From assembly GCA_045047115.1 (NCBI GenBank), contig JASFYR010000008.1:32001-96000 (forward strand): DNA of 64,000 bases. Direction: 5' to 3'. Positions 1 through 9,611 of the stretch are shown here, in pieces. Source of the stretch: Sulfurospirillum sp. (GTDB lineage Bacteria > Campylobacterota > Campylobacteria > Campylobacterales > Sulfurospirillaceae). Numbering within the stretch: the stretch's first letter is position 1; every line of letters starts with the position of its first letter. The notes beneath the pieces are model-generated. The model had not been told where the DNA came from. It did no database searches and was given only the letters and a program-made list of their open reading frames with translations. The position numbers were made by a program, and so were the translations under genes.

Positions 1-1
1 T

Positions 2-592
2 TTGATAGTAAAATTTTTATCCTCTTTAGATTTTTCACTCCTGGATGCAAATGAAAAAGATATAGAAGAGGGAATGGAAAATAGATACTATAGATTCCAA
101 TCCTCCAAAGATACAATAGAGATTTTTAAAACATTCAATAAAATCAAAAAAACCACAACTCTAGAAAAAATCTTTATGGATGGATATAGCAAAAATCTTG
201 ATATAATGGATGGAATATTTAGGCTGATGGAGGTAATATATGATACAAATCCTTACCGTTCAAGAGGATATGAATTTTTAATAGGAAAGATACCAAAGAA
301 AAAACCGACTTCACCATACAAAAGATGGCATATGTTTTTAAGATGGATGGTAAGAGAGGATAATCTTGATTTTGGGCTATGGAGTGGAGTAGATAAAAAA
401 GATTTGCTGATGCCGCTAGATACCCATACATTTAAAATAGGTCAAAAACTAGGACTTATAAAGAGAAAAATATATGATTTTAAATCAGTGGTTGAACTAA
501 CCAACTCTTTGAGAAAATTAGATCCAAAAGACCCAGTAAGATATGATTTTGCGCTTTATAGGATTGGACAAGAGAGATTAATCATCCCTTAA
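2..592 (+). CDS. TIGR02757/DUF2400 family protein (5'-truncated by window edge)
   Basis: Motifs SPYKRWHMFLRWMVR, PLDTH and DPVRYDFALY typical of DUF2400; ORF runs off the window start. Confidence 0.85.
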   Translation: MIVKFLSSLDFSLLDANEKDIEEGMENRYYRFQSSKDTIEIFKTFNKIKKTTTLEKIFMDGYSKNLDIMDGIFRLMEVIYDTNPYRSRGYEFLIGKIPKKKPTSPYKRWHMFLRWMVREDNLDFGLWSGVDKKDLLMPLDTHTFKIGQKLGLIKRKIYDFKSVVELTNSLRKLDPKDPVRYDFALYRIGQERLIIP

Positions 593-640
593 ATGAATTT
601 TAGATAAAATCTCCAAAAATATATTTAAAGGAAAAGTGTA

Positions 641-1318
641 ATGAATGAAGTTTTTACATTTTTAGGTCTTGTTAGTCATAATCACAGTTATCTTTTCATC
701 TCTCATATAGTTTTGGCAGCATTGCTTGCTTTTACTGTTGCAAAACTAGCTACATCTTCCATGCAACTTGTACCTAAGGGTTGTCAAAATGTGATGGAAG
801 CATTTTTGGATGGCGTACTTTTTATGGGCAAAGATGTTATCGGTGAGAAGTTAGCTAGAAAATACCTTCCCCTTGTCGCAACACTTGGTATGCTTATCTT
901 TTTTGCAAACATAATGGAGATTATTCCCGGATTTGAACCACCATCCGGCAATATAAATATGACCCTTCCATTGGCTGTAATGGTTTTTTTATACTATAAT
1001 TTTGAGGGCATCAGAGTAAATGGTTTCTTTAAGTACTTTGGACATTTTATGGGTCCGCTTAAGGTTCTGGCGCCTCTAATGTTTCCCGTAGAGATAGTAT
1101 CTCATCTTTCAAGAATCATCTCTTTGTCTTTCCGACTTTTTGGAAATATAAAAGGCGATGATCTGTTTGTTGCTGTTCTGCTTCTGCTTGCTCCTTGGAT
1201 TGCACCGCTTCCTGGTTTTGCATTGATGACATTTTCTGCGGTACTTCAAACTTTTATCTTTATGATACTTACTTATGTTTACCTTGCAGGTGCAGTTTTG
1301 ATAAGCGAAGAACACTAA
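641..1318 (+). CDS. atpB: F0F1 ATP synthase subunit a
   Basis: Hydrophobic 225 aa with SLSFRLFGN (essential Arg) and [14 protein letters not shown]. Confidence 0.97.
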   Translation: MNEVFTFLGLVSHNHSYLFISHIVLAALLAFTVAKLATSSMQLVPKGCQNVMEAFLDGVLFMGKDVIGEKLARKYLPLVATLGMLIFFANIMEIIPGFEPPSGNINMTLPLAVMVFLYYNFEGIRVNGFFKYFGHFMGPLKVLAPLMFPVEIVSHLSRIISLSFRLFGNIKGDDLFVAVLLLLAPWIAPLPGFALMTFSAVLQTFIFMILTYVYLAGAVLISEEH

Positions 1319-1327
1319 GATAAAAAG

Positions 1328-1609
1328 TTGAGAGAGAAACAAAATTTTTTTGAAAAACTTTTGAGCCTGCTTCAGGGTGCTGCATGGGCACTTGTATTTG
1401 TGGGCTCTGTTTCCTTTTTTTTAACGCTTTATCATCTAGGAATTTTTGTTGCACTTTTTGGTGCTTTTATAGGTGCTTTGCTAGGACTCTTTTTTGTTGT
1501 TCTGTTTGAGATTGCACAGGTTCAGATAGATAAGCTCAAAGAGCTAAAAAAACAGACTGAGCTACTGACTGAACTGACTAAGCAAAATACTAAAACTACG
1601 GAGATTTAG
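1328..1609 (+). CDS. Small membrane protein (2 TM segments plus coiled-coil tail)
   Basis: TTG start 9 nt after the atpB stop; two hydrophobic segments then a charged C-terminus. Confidence 0.75.
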   Translation: MREKQNFFEKLLSLLQGAAWALVFVGSVSFFLTLYHLGIFVALFGAFIGALLGLFFVVLFEIAQVQIDKLKELKKQTELLTELTKQNTKTTEI

Positions 1610-1668
1610 AGAACTTAAAAGAAATAAATGATAAAATAAGTTTATAAATAAACAAAAGGTTTTATAAA

Positions 1669-3093
1669 ATGTTTGAAGTTATCATTGGTTTGGAAGTTCA
1701 CACCCAGTTAAATACAAAAACAAAGATATTTTGCTCCTGTCCTACGAGTTTTGGTGATGAACCGAATACAAATGTCTGTCCGGTTTGCTTGGCGCTTCCC
1801 GGTGCGCTTCCCGTTTTAAATATTGAGGCGGTAAAAAAAGCAATCGCATTTGGAACAGCCATCAATGCAACAGTTCATAAAAAATCTATATTTAACAGAA
1901 AAAACTACTTCTATCCTGATCTTCCAAAAGGTTACCAAATCAGCCAGTTTGAGATTCCCATCGTCGAGGGTGGAGAAGTGGTGATAGATTTTGAAGATGG
2001 CAGTAAAAAAACTATAGGGGTTACAAGAGCCCATTTAGAAGAGGATGCGGGTAAAAATACGCATCAAGGTACCGTTAGTCATGTAGATTTGAATCGTGCA
2101 GGAACTCCTTTGCTTGAGATTGTCAGTGAGCCTGATATGAGAAGCGCAGACGAGGCTATAAGATATTTAAAAAAACTACATGCAATTGTTAGATATTTGG
2201 ATATAAGTGATGCAAATATGCAAGAGGGTAGCTTTAGATGTGATGTAAACATTTCTATAAGGCCAAAAGGTGATGAAAAACTGTACACCAGAGCAGAGAT
2301 AAAGAATCTTAACTCTTTTAAATTTATTCAAAAAGCTATAGAGTATGAGACAGAGAGACAAACAAGTGCTTGGGAAGATGGAAATTATGAGCAGGAGGTA
2401 GTTCAGGAGACAAGACTTTTTGATACAGCAAAAGGTATCACAAAAAGCATGAGAAGCAAAGAGGACAGTGCAGAGTACAGATACTTTCCTGACCCTGATC
2501 TTTTACCCGTTATTGTATCAGATGATATGATGAAAGAGTGCAAAAACATACCCGAACTCCCGGATGCAAAAAGAGGAAGATTTGTCGAAGAATATAACAT
2601 AAAAGAGTATGATGCTGCTGTTATAACAAGCACGGTTGAAATGGCAAGATTTTTTGAGGATATGGTTGAAAAAGGTGCAGGTGCAAAACTCAGTACAACT
2701 TGGCTTACAGTCGAGCTTCAAGGTAGACTTCATGATGGTATGACGATTTTAACATCTCCAGTAGATTCTGATACATTGGCAACTTTGGTAAAGAGGATCG
2801 AAGATTCAACTATCAGTGGAAAAGCAGCCAAAGATGTTCTTGATTATCTTATGGAAAACAGTGTTGGTGTAGATGAAGCTATAGAAAAACTGGGCTTGAA
2901 ACAAGTAAGTGATGATGGAGCTATACAAAGTATTATCGATGAAGTTGTTGGTACAAATGGCGATAAGGTAGAGCAGTATAAAAATGGAAAAGATAAACTT
3001 TTTGGCTTTTTTGTTGGACAAGTTATGAAAGCTAGTCGTGGCAAGGCAAATCCGGCAAAAGTCAATGAGCTTCTTAAAAAACAGTTGGGATAA
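1669..3093 (+). CDS. gatB: Asp-tRNA(Asn)/Glu-tRNA(Gln) amidotransferase subunit B
   Basis: [47 protein letters not shown]. Confidence 0.98.
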   Translation: MFEVIIGLEVHTQLNTKTKIFCSCPTSFGDEPNTNVCPVCLALPGALPVLNIEAVKKAIAFGTAINATVHKKSIFNRKNYFYPDLPKGYQISQFEIPIVEGGEVVIDFEDGSKKTIGVTRAHLEEDAGKNTHQGTVSHVDLNRAGTPLLEIVSEPDMRSADEAIRYLKKLHAIVRYLDISDANMQEGSFRCDVNISIRPKGDEKLYTRAEIKNLNSFKFIQKAIEYETERQTSAWEDGNYEQEVVQETRLFDTAKGITKSMRSKEDSAEYRYFPDPDLLPVIVSDDMMKECKNIPELPDAKRGRFVEEYNIKEYDAAVITSTVEMARFFEDMVEKGAGAKLSTTWLTVELQGRLHDGMTILTSPVDSDTLATLVKRIEDSTISGKAAKDVLDYLMENSVGVDEAIEKLGLKQVSDDGAIQSIIDEVVGTNGDKVEQYKNGKDKLFGFFVGQVMKASRGKANPAKVNELLKKQLG

Positions 3094-3099
3094 TCATAA

Positions 3100-4653
3100 A
3101 TGTTAGCGAGGTTGATTGTCTCTTTCGCATACTTTTTAGAGTCATCTAAAAGATATAAAAGAGTCAAAACCTCAACATATAATCTATTGGAAAACCCAAG
3201 ATCAAAGATAAAACCGCTATTTGATTTTTTTATTATATTTTTGGTTATTTTAACAGTTTCTATACTGATATACGATGTCAAAAATAGATTGCCGTATCAT
3301 TTTGAAGTTATTGAAAATATAGCTGTTTCTGTTTTTATATTTGAGTGGTTGGGTAGATTTTGGATTAGTGATAATTTAAGACTGAGAATTATAAATTATT
3401 ACGAAAGAAAGCTGGAACTTGGAGAAAAACCAAAACTATTTACAATTTTAAAACTTATAATTGTACAAAAAATACAATACACCTTTTCTCCAATGTCAAT
3501 TATTGACTTATTGGCGATATTGCCTGCATATAGATCTTTTAGAATACTAAGAATATTTTTAATATTTAGATTGTTCAAGATGTTTAGATATGCGAAAAGT
3601 TTAAATTCATTTTTGAGAATTTTAAAAGATAAAAAATTTGAGTTAAATTTTCTTTTTCTTTTGGGTATATCTGCCGTGTTGTTGGCATCTATAATTATGT
3701 ATGTCTTTGAAGGTGGTGGTGAAAATCCCAAAATTCATTCATTTTTAGATGCGATTTATTGGTCTGCCATAACCATTTCAACTGTTGGGTACGGGGATAT
3801 AACGCCTGTTACTATTGCAGGAAGAGTTATCACTGTTTTTTTGGTGGGTGGCGGTTTTTTGATTCTTGTTTTGTCAACTTCGGTTGTGACAAATGCATTG
3901 TCTGAAAAGATATCTATTCTTAGAGATGAAAAGGTATTGTCTCAAGTTGGAAAATTAACAAATCTGATAGTCATATTTGGCTTCGGAAGAATGGGACAGG
4001 TTCTAGCCGCCCAATTGAAAAAAAGCCATAAAAAGTTCATAGTTGTCGATGTGTCTTATGAAAATCTTGCTAAAGCAAGAGAGAATGATTATTTTTACTT
4101 AAAAGCAGATGCATCCAATTATGATACTGTTGATAGTGTTGTTTTTAAAAATGATGTCAAGAAAGTTGTCCTGACGACAAACAACGATGCCTTAAATCTT
4201 TCAATTCTTTTAACCATAAAAGCCAAATATAAAAATATGGATGTTATAGCCAGAGCAAACAGTTATGAGAATATTAAAAAATTTTATATAGCTAAAGCTG
4301 ATCATGTGATTTTTCCATATCAAACAGTAGCAGAAGTAGCGGTTGAATATATTGGAAATTCTGTAAGATTTGATGCTATAGACAATATTTTGGTTCAAAA
4401 AGACTCTATCACAATTGATGAAATATTGATTCCAGAAGGAAGTGATTATATAGGAAAAAGTATTGATGAAATTGGATTAAATAAATTTAATATTACCATT
4501 ATTTCTGTATTGAAAGAAGACAGCAAGGAGGAGTTTGTTTTTAATCCCAACAGCCATAATTATAAATTTCAAGAAAATGATTCACTTGTTCTGGTTGGTG
4601 AAGAAAAAGATATATTTAAGATAAAAGATGACATTTTAAGGCAACTGATATGA
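3100..4653 (+). CDS. Potassium channel (6TM, voltage-sensor-like) with RCK/TrkA-N and TrkA-C domains
   Basis: Selectivity filter TVGYGD, basic S4-like helix RSFRILRIFLIFRLFK, Rossmann motif GFGRMG. Confidence 0.9.
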   Translation: MLARLIVSFAYFLESSKRYKRVKTSTYNLLENPRSKIKPLFDFFIIFLVILTVSILIYDVKNRLPYHFEVIENIAVSVFIFEWLGRFWISDNLRLRIINYYERKLELGEKPKLFTILKLIIVQKIQYTFSPMSIIDLLAILPAYRSFRILRIFLIFRLFKMFRYAKSLNSFLRILKDKKFELNFLFLLGISAVLLASIIMYVFEGGGENPKIHSFLDAIYWSAITISTVGYGDITPVTIAGRVITVFLVGGGFLILVLSTSVVTNALSEKISILRDEKVLSQVGKLTNLIVIFGFGRMGQVLAAQLKKSHKKFIVVDVSYENLAKARENDYFYLKADASNYDTVDSVVFKNDVKKVVLTTNNDALNLSILLTIKAKYKNMDVIARANSYENIKKFYIAKADHVIFPYQTVAEVAVEYIGNSVRFDAIDNILVQKDSITIDEILIPEGSDYIGKSIDEIGLNKFNITIISVLKEDSKEEFVFNPNSHNYKFQENDSLVLVGEEKDIFKIKDDILRQLI

Positions 4654-5339
4654 GAAAGATAGTTTTGTTCGGTTATTCTAAAACAGGTCGAGAAATTGCA
4701 AAGTTATTATTAACCGATGAATATGAGGTCACCATAATAGATGAAAACCCTATGCAGGTAGCTCTTGCAAATGAAGAGGGTTTTTTTGGAAGGCATGCGA
4801 CTTTAAAAGATGATAAAGTTTTGATTGAAGTCGGTATCGGAAGTGATGCAGAGGTTCTTTTTTGTGTGAGTGATGATGACAGTTTAAATCTGTTTGTTAC
4901 GCTTTCAGCTAGAAATTTAGATAAGGATTTAAAAATATTGACTAAAATTTTGAAAAAAGAAGATGAAAAGAAGATGATTTTAGCAGGAGCAAACCGTATA
5001 ATCAGCCCTTATGATGTTGGTGCTGCCAAGGCTTTTAGAATTATTCAAAAACCCAAGGTTTCAAAAGTATTAAATCAACTCTCAACTCTTAAAAGTAGAA
5101 TATCAATATCTGAAATAGAGATTCCCAAAAGTTCGATTTTAGATGGAGTTCGGCTAAATGAGACAGATATTTTAAAAAATACAAATTTAATTTTTTTAGG
5201 AATGTTAGACAAAGAGTTGGGAGAAAAATTTATATTTTTTGCAAAAGGTATAAATCATAAGCTAGACCATGGAGATATACTTGTAGTTCTAGGTAGTAGA
5301 AAAGACATAAGAGTATTTGAGGAAAAGTTATGGATATAG
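4650..5339 (+). CDS. Stand-alone TrkA/RCK family regulatory protein
   Basis: IVLFGYSKTG Rossmann-like start, NLFVTLSAR, AGANRIISPY; ATGA overlap with the channel gene. Confidence 0.85.
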   Translation: MRKIVLFGYSKTGREIAKLLLTDEYEVTIIDENPMQVALANEEGFFGRHATLKDDKVLIEVGIGSDAEVLFCVSDDDSLNLFVTLSARNLDKDLKILTKILKKEDEKKMILAGANRIISPYDVGAAKAFRIIQKPKVSKVLNQLSTLKSRISISEIEIPKSSILDGVRLNETDILKNTNLIFLGMLDKELGEKFIFFAKGINHKLDHGDILVVLGSRKDIRVFEEKLWI

Positions 5340-6214
5340 CTGTCATTGGTGCCGGTAAGTGGGGAAGTGCTCTACATTTTGCATTTTCAAGGAACTTTAC
5401 ATGCAAGATAACTTCAAGACATAAAAGAGATATGGATGATTTTGTATCTTTAGAAGAAGCCTTGAAGTTTGAATATCTTGTTTTTGCAATTCCAGCCCAG
5501 GTTGTAGGAGATTGGCTTACGAAAAATTTTATTTTCAGGAATCAAAAAGTATTGGTTGTTGCAAAAGGAATTGAAAAAAATAGCGGAAGTTTCTTAAATC
5601 AGATATTTTCAAAGCATATACCGAATGAAAATTTAGCTTTTTTGTCAGGTCCGTCTTTTGCAAAGGAAGTGATGGAGTCATTGCCAACGGCAGTTGTAAT
5701 AAACTCAAAAAATGAAAAACTGGCTAAACATTTTTCTAAATATTTTCCGGACTTTATAAAGACTTATATAAGTGATGATGTTATAGGTGCTGAAATTTGT
5801 GGTGCATACAAAAATGTCTTGGCGATTGCGAGCGGAATTTGTACAGGGCTTGACTTGGGAAATAATGCAAGAGCTAGCTTGATGGCAAGAGGCTTGGTTG
5901 AAATGCATAGGTTTGGTGAGATTTTTGGTGCAAAAGAGGAGACTTTTTTGGGTCTCAGTGGAGCAGGAGATCTTTTTTTAAGTGCCTCTAGTGAGCTGTC
6001 CAGAAATTTTAGAGTAGGTCTCGCTTTGGCAAAAGAGATAGCGTTAGACGAGATATTGAAAGATTTAGGTGAAGTTGCAGAAGGTGTTTTCACAACAGAA
6101 GCAGTTTTAAAGCTAAGTAAACAATACGATATCTATACACCTATTGCCGAAGAAGTTTCTAAGATTTTAAATGGAAAAAACCCAAAAGAGAGTTTGAAGG
6201 ATTTATTGAGATGA
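5330..6214 (+). CDS. gpsA: NAD(P)H-dependent glycerol-3-phosphate dehydrogenase
   Basis: GAGKWG, SGPSFAKEV, GAYKNVLAIA, GAGDL, SRN, AEGV. Confidence 0.96.
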   Translation: MDIAVIGAGKWGSALHFAFSRNFTCKITSRHKRDMDDFVSLEEALKFEYLVFAIPAQVVGDWLTKNFIFRNQKVLVVAKGIEKNSGSFLNQIFSKHIPNENLAFLSGPSFAKEVMESLPTAVVINSKNEKLAKHFSKYFPDFIKTYISDDVIGAEICGAYKNVLAIASGICTGLDLGNNARASLMARGLVEMHRFGEIFGAKEETFLGLSGAGDLFLSASSELSRNFRVGLALAKEIALDEILKDLGEVAEGVFTTEAVLKLSKQYDIYTPIAEEVSKILNGKNPKESLKDLLR

Positions 6215-7458
6215 AGTTGATAAAAAATGCAATGATAATTTCCGCAGAAGGTTTTGATAAAAGAGATGTGCTTTTTGATGATGCAAAGATTTTAGAGATA
6301 AATGAGTCTATAGAAGCTCTTGATAAGTGTGATGTTTATGATGCAAAAGGATGCTATCTGCTTCCTGGGTTGATTGATCTTAATGTTAGGCTTGCAAACA
6401 GTGTTTTGAGTAAATCAAATCTCGATAAACTCTCCAAGAGTGCAAGAAAGGGCGGTGTGACAACTGCGGTGATACTCTCTGATTTCACTCCTAGACTTGA
6501 TAGTTCAACTCTTCTTGATTTTTTAAAGCCTACACTTGACGAATCTATCATAAATTTAAAAGTTACTGCACCTTTGACAAATAAAAACAGTGATAAATTA
6601 AATAATATAGCTACACTTATAAATAACGGAGCAAGTGCCATATGGACAAATTCAAATATAAATTCAAATTTGATAAAAAGGGGTATGCAGTATGCTCATA
6701 TGAAAAACAGGCCTCTTTTTTGTTTTTGCTATGATCCTGATCTGGATGATTTAGGACTTGTAAATGAGGGTAAAATCTCTTCAAAACTCGGACTATCAGG
6801 AATATCAAAATTTTCAGAAAGTACAGAAGTTGCAAAAGTAGTTGAGCTGTCTATAGAGTTGGATTCCGCTGTAGTTTTTCAAAGCGTTTCTACCAAGAGA
6901 TCATTAGAGATTATAGATAGTGCAAAAAGACATTGTCAAAATATATACAGTGAAGTAAGTATTCATCATCTCTTGAAAAATGATACAAGTTGCGATGGAT
7001 TTAATACCTATGCAAAAATTCTCCCCCCCTTGAGAGAAGAGGAAGAGAGAAAAAAACTCCTCCAAGCACTAAAGGATGGTCAAGTGGATATTTTGACATC
7101 TTTTCATTCTCCAAAATCAGTTTTGTATAAAGATGTTGCATTTTGGGATGCACACTTTGGGATGGGTTCTATTGAGGAATTTTTTAGACTTGCGTATACT
7201 TTTTTGGTAAAAAAAGAGGGTGTTTCTTTTGAAAAGCTTATGGAGATGTGCTCTTTAAATCCTGCAAAAGCACTAAACTTGGAGAGTAAAGGGAAGATTG
7301 AAGTCGGATATGATGCAGATATGTTTATATTTGATCCAAATCATAAAGAAGTAATAGAAAATCAAACTACCATATATAATCATCAAGAGCTGCTTGGAAA
7401 CATAAAAGAGGTGTTTATCGCCAGGCAAAATTCAATAGAAAATTCTAGAGAGATATAG
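6211..7458 (+). CDS. Dihydroorotase-like amidohydrolase, probably catalytically inactive (PyrC' type)
   Basis: PGLIDLNV in place of the HxH metal motif, GGVTT, KILPPLR, NPAKAL, GYDAD. Confidence 0.85.
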   Translation: MKLIKNAMIISAEGFDKRDVLFDDAKILEINESIEALDKCDVYDAKGCYLLPGLIDLNVRLANSVLSKSNLDKLSKSARKGGVTTAVILSDFTPRLDSSTLLDFLKPTLDESIINLKVTAPLTNKNSDKLNNIATLINNGASAIWTNSNINSNLIKRGMQYAHMKNRPLFCFCYDPDLDDLGLVNEGKISSKLGLSGISKFSESTEVAKVVELSIELDSAVVFQSVSTKRSLEIIDSAKRHCQNIYSEVSIHHLLKNDTSCDGFNTYAKILPPLREEEERKKLLQALKDGQVDILTSFHSPKSVLYKDVAFWDAHFGMGSIEEFFRLAYTFLVKKEGVSFEKLMEMCSLNPAKALNLESKGKIEVGYDADMFIFDPNHKEVIENQTTIYNHQELLGNIKEVFIARQNSIENSREI

Positions 7459-8166
7459 AGCGTGGGGTGGGGCGGGATTGGTATAGATTTTATGCTTTAG
7501 ATTTAACTGATTTTCTAAGTCCTCAGTACTTAATTTTCCTTTTTCTATCCCAAATAAAAAACCACACATCAGTCTTATTTGGCTTCTGAGAAAACTATTT
7601 CCCAGAAAATTTATAACAGTGTATTGTTTGTGTTTGTATGCATAAGCTTTATATATAATTCTGATATCACTGGAGGTATCACTTCCTTTCTTTTTAAAGT
7701 AGGCAAAATTGTGAGTTCCTTCAAAGGTTTTTATAGATGAATTCAGTCTGTGCAAATCAAATTTTGGCATAAATGTTACATAGTTTGTTTGCAAGGGATT
7801 GTATAAAGAGTGTGATACTATATATCTGTATAGCCTTTTTTTTGCGTTAAATCTTGCATGAAAATCCGGATTCACAAATCTTATGTCTTTTATAAATATA
7901 TAAGGTTTTAAGTGGTGATTGAGGATTTTTTTTAGTCTGTCTAAGTCGTAAAAATGCTTTGAAATATCCAAGTGGCATACTTGATTGCAGGCATGAACAC
8001 TTTTATCTGTTCTTCCACTTGCTTGCGATACCGTATTGATGCCCAAGGCATTTAGAGCTATTTGAAAGTTTCCCATTACCGTAGGAATATTGCTCTTTTT
8101 TTGAATTTGAGAGCCAAAAAAGGCTGCCCCATCATAACTAAAAATAATTTTAACTCTTTTTTTCAT
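7432..8166 (-). CDS. truA: tRNA pseudouridine(38-40) synthase
   Basis: SYDG, SGRTDKSVHA, FHARF, FLRSQIR. Confidence 0.95.
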   Translation of the reverse strand: MKKRVKIIFSYDGAAFFGSQIQKKSNIPTVMGNFQIALNALGINTVSQASGRTDKSVHACNQVCHLDISKHFYDLDRLKKILNHHLKPYIFIKDIRFVNPDFHARFNAKKRLYRYIVSHSLYNPLQTNYVTFMPKFDLHRLNSSIKTFEGTHNFAYFKKKGSDTSSDIRIIYKAYAYKHKQYTVINFLGNSFLRSQIRLMCGFLFGIEKGKLSTEDLENQLNLKHKIYTNPAPPHALYLSRIFY

Positions 8167-8171
8167 AAAAA

Positions 8172-8201
8172 CTAAAACCTTGGTAATATTTTTCTAACCA
8201 T
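8172..8201 (-). pseudogene. 9-codon remnant ORF (MVRKILPRF) at the expected position of lptF
   Basis: ATG overlaps the end of the prepilin peptidase gene and TAG lies 5 nt before truA; the peptide resembles a fused start and end of a Campylobacterota LptF-family permease (synteny recalled, not searched). Confidence 0.5.
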
Positions 8202-8937
8202 AGATCTTTTCTAGCATATTTAGTATATTTTTGTCTAATAACCAGGTGATAAAAAGTCCTAGAGTTAAAAATGGTATAAATGGAAGATGAAAATCTTTTT
8301 TACCTACTATTAAAAATGCAAGAAGCGCTATGAGCGCAGAGATGTATATGGCACTGAGCCCTAAATTTATACCCAGTGTTGCTCCTATAATGGCGGCTAT
8401 GATGATATCTGCTTCTCCCATAGCCTCTTTTTTGATAATCCAAGATACTATCATTCTAAGTAGCGTAAAGCCACCTGCAAAAATAAGTGCATCTTGAAAG
8501 CTATTCAGAAAATCTCTTGCAAAAAATGAAATAAAAAGAGCAGGAAAACTAAGGGAGTCCGGTACGGCTTTATATCTTAAGTCGATAATGCTTAAAGCTA
8601 AAAGGAGGGCAAAAAGTATTCCCAATATTCCGCCTTGTATTATATCTTCACTTTTGATATATGACAAGACAAAAATCAGAGACACTAAAAATTCTACTAA
8701 AGGATATTGGAAAGATATTTTCTCTTTGCAGTATGCGCACTTACCTCTCAAAAATATCCAAGAAAGAAGCGGTATATTGTGGTAAAATTTCAATTTTTTC
8801 TTGCATTTTGGACAGTGTGAACCAGGAAAGGAGACACTCTCTCCCTTGGGAACTCTTAAAATAACAACATTCAAAAAAGAGCCTATTGCCAAGCCTAAAA
8901 CTACAAATAAAATTATATTTAAATCAAATGCCGCCAA
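8194..8937 (-). CDS. Prepilin peptidase (A24 family)
   Basis: GSFLNVVILR, two CxxC pairs (CPKC, CAYC), IDL and MGEAD aspartates. Confidence 0.93.
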   Translation of the reverse strand: MAAFDLNIILFVVLGLAIGSFLNVVILRVPKGESVSFPGSHCPKCKKKLKFYHNIPLLSWIFLRGKCAYCKEKISFQYPLVEFLVSLIFVLSYIKSEDIIQGGILGILFALLLALSIIDLRYKAVPDSLSFPALFISFFARDFLNSFQDALIFAGGFTLLRMIVSWIIKKEAMGEADIIIAAIIGATLGINLGLSAIYISALIALLAFLIVGKKDFHLPFIPFLTLGLFITWLLDKNILNMLEKIYG

Positions 8938-9595
8938 ATCTTCTCTCCCTGTGTTTGTACTCTTCGACTATATCCTTAAACTCCTGTGTAGAAAAATCAG
9001 GCCAAAGTGTGTTTGTAAAAAACAGTTCAGCATAGGCACTCTGCCAAAGCAAAAAATTTGAAAGTCTTTTTTCGCCACCTGTTCTTATGAGGATATCAAC
9101 ATCTGGGAAATCCTTGGTGTCTAAGGCATTTGAGAGAGAATTTTCATCTATATCTTCGAGTTTTAGTTTTTTAATACTTCTTATTATCTCATCTTTTGAG
9201 CCATAATTTACGGCTAAAATCTGCGTTAATCCTTCGTTTTTTTTGGTTTTTTCTATTGTGTTGGTCATAATATCTTGCAGATTTTTTGAAAACTTTGAGA
9301 TGTCACCAATAATTCTAAATTTGATATTGTTTTGTATGAGAGTTTTTAACTCTCTTTTTAGAAACTGTGATAAAAGTTTCATCAAAAAATCAACCTCGCT
9401 CTTCTCTCTTTTCCAATTTTCTGTACTGAAAGCATAAAGTGTCAGGTATTTTAATCCAAGATTTGAAGCCTCTTTTGTTATCTCGATGACCTTTTTCGCT
9501 CCGATTTTATGGCCAAAAGTACGAATTTTACCCCTGTTTTTTGCCCATCTACCATTCCCATCCATTATAATTGCTATGTGTTGTAGGTTATTCAC
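8924..9595 (-). CDS. uppS: Undecaprenyl diphosphate synthase
   Basis: HIAIIMDGNGRWA, YAFSTENWKR, RTGGEKRLSNFLLWQ, RRFGG. Confidence 0.97.
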   Translation of the reverse strand: MNNLQHIAIIMDGNGRWAKNRGKIRTFGHKIGAKKVIEITKEASNLGLKYLTLYAFSTENWKREKSEVDFLMKLLSQFLKRELKTLIQNNIKFRIIGDISKFSKNLQDIMTNTIEKTKKNEGLTQILAVNYGSKDEIIRSIKKLKLEDIDENSLSNALDTKDFPDVDILIRTGGEKRLSNFLLWQSAYAELFFTNTLWPDFSTQEFKDIVEEYKHRERRFGGI

Positions 9596-9611
9596 TTATT
9601 TGCCTTGTGCG

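Noticed and set aside
7023..7029. Phase-variable poly-C tract in the PyrC'-like gene
   Set aside because: Only C7, encoding the conserved LPPL motif
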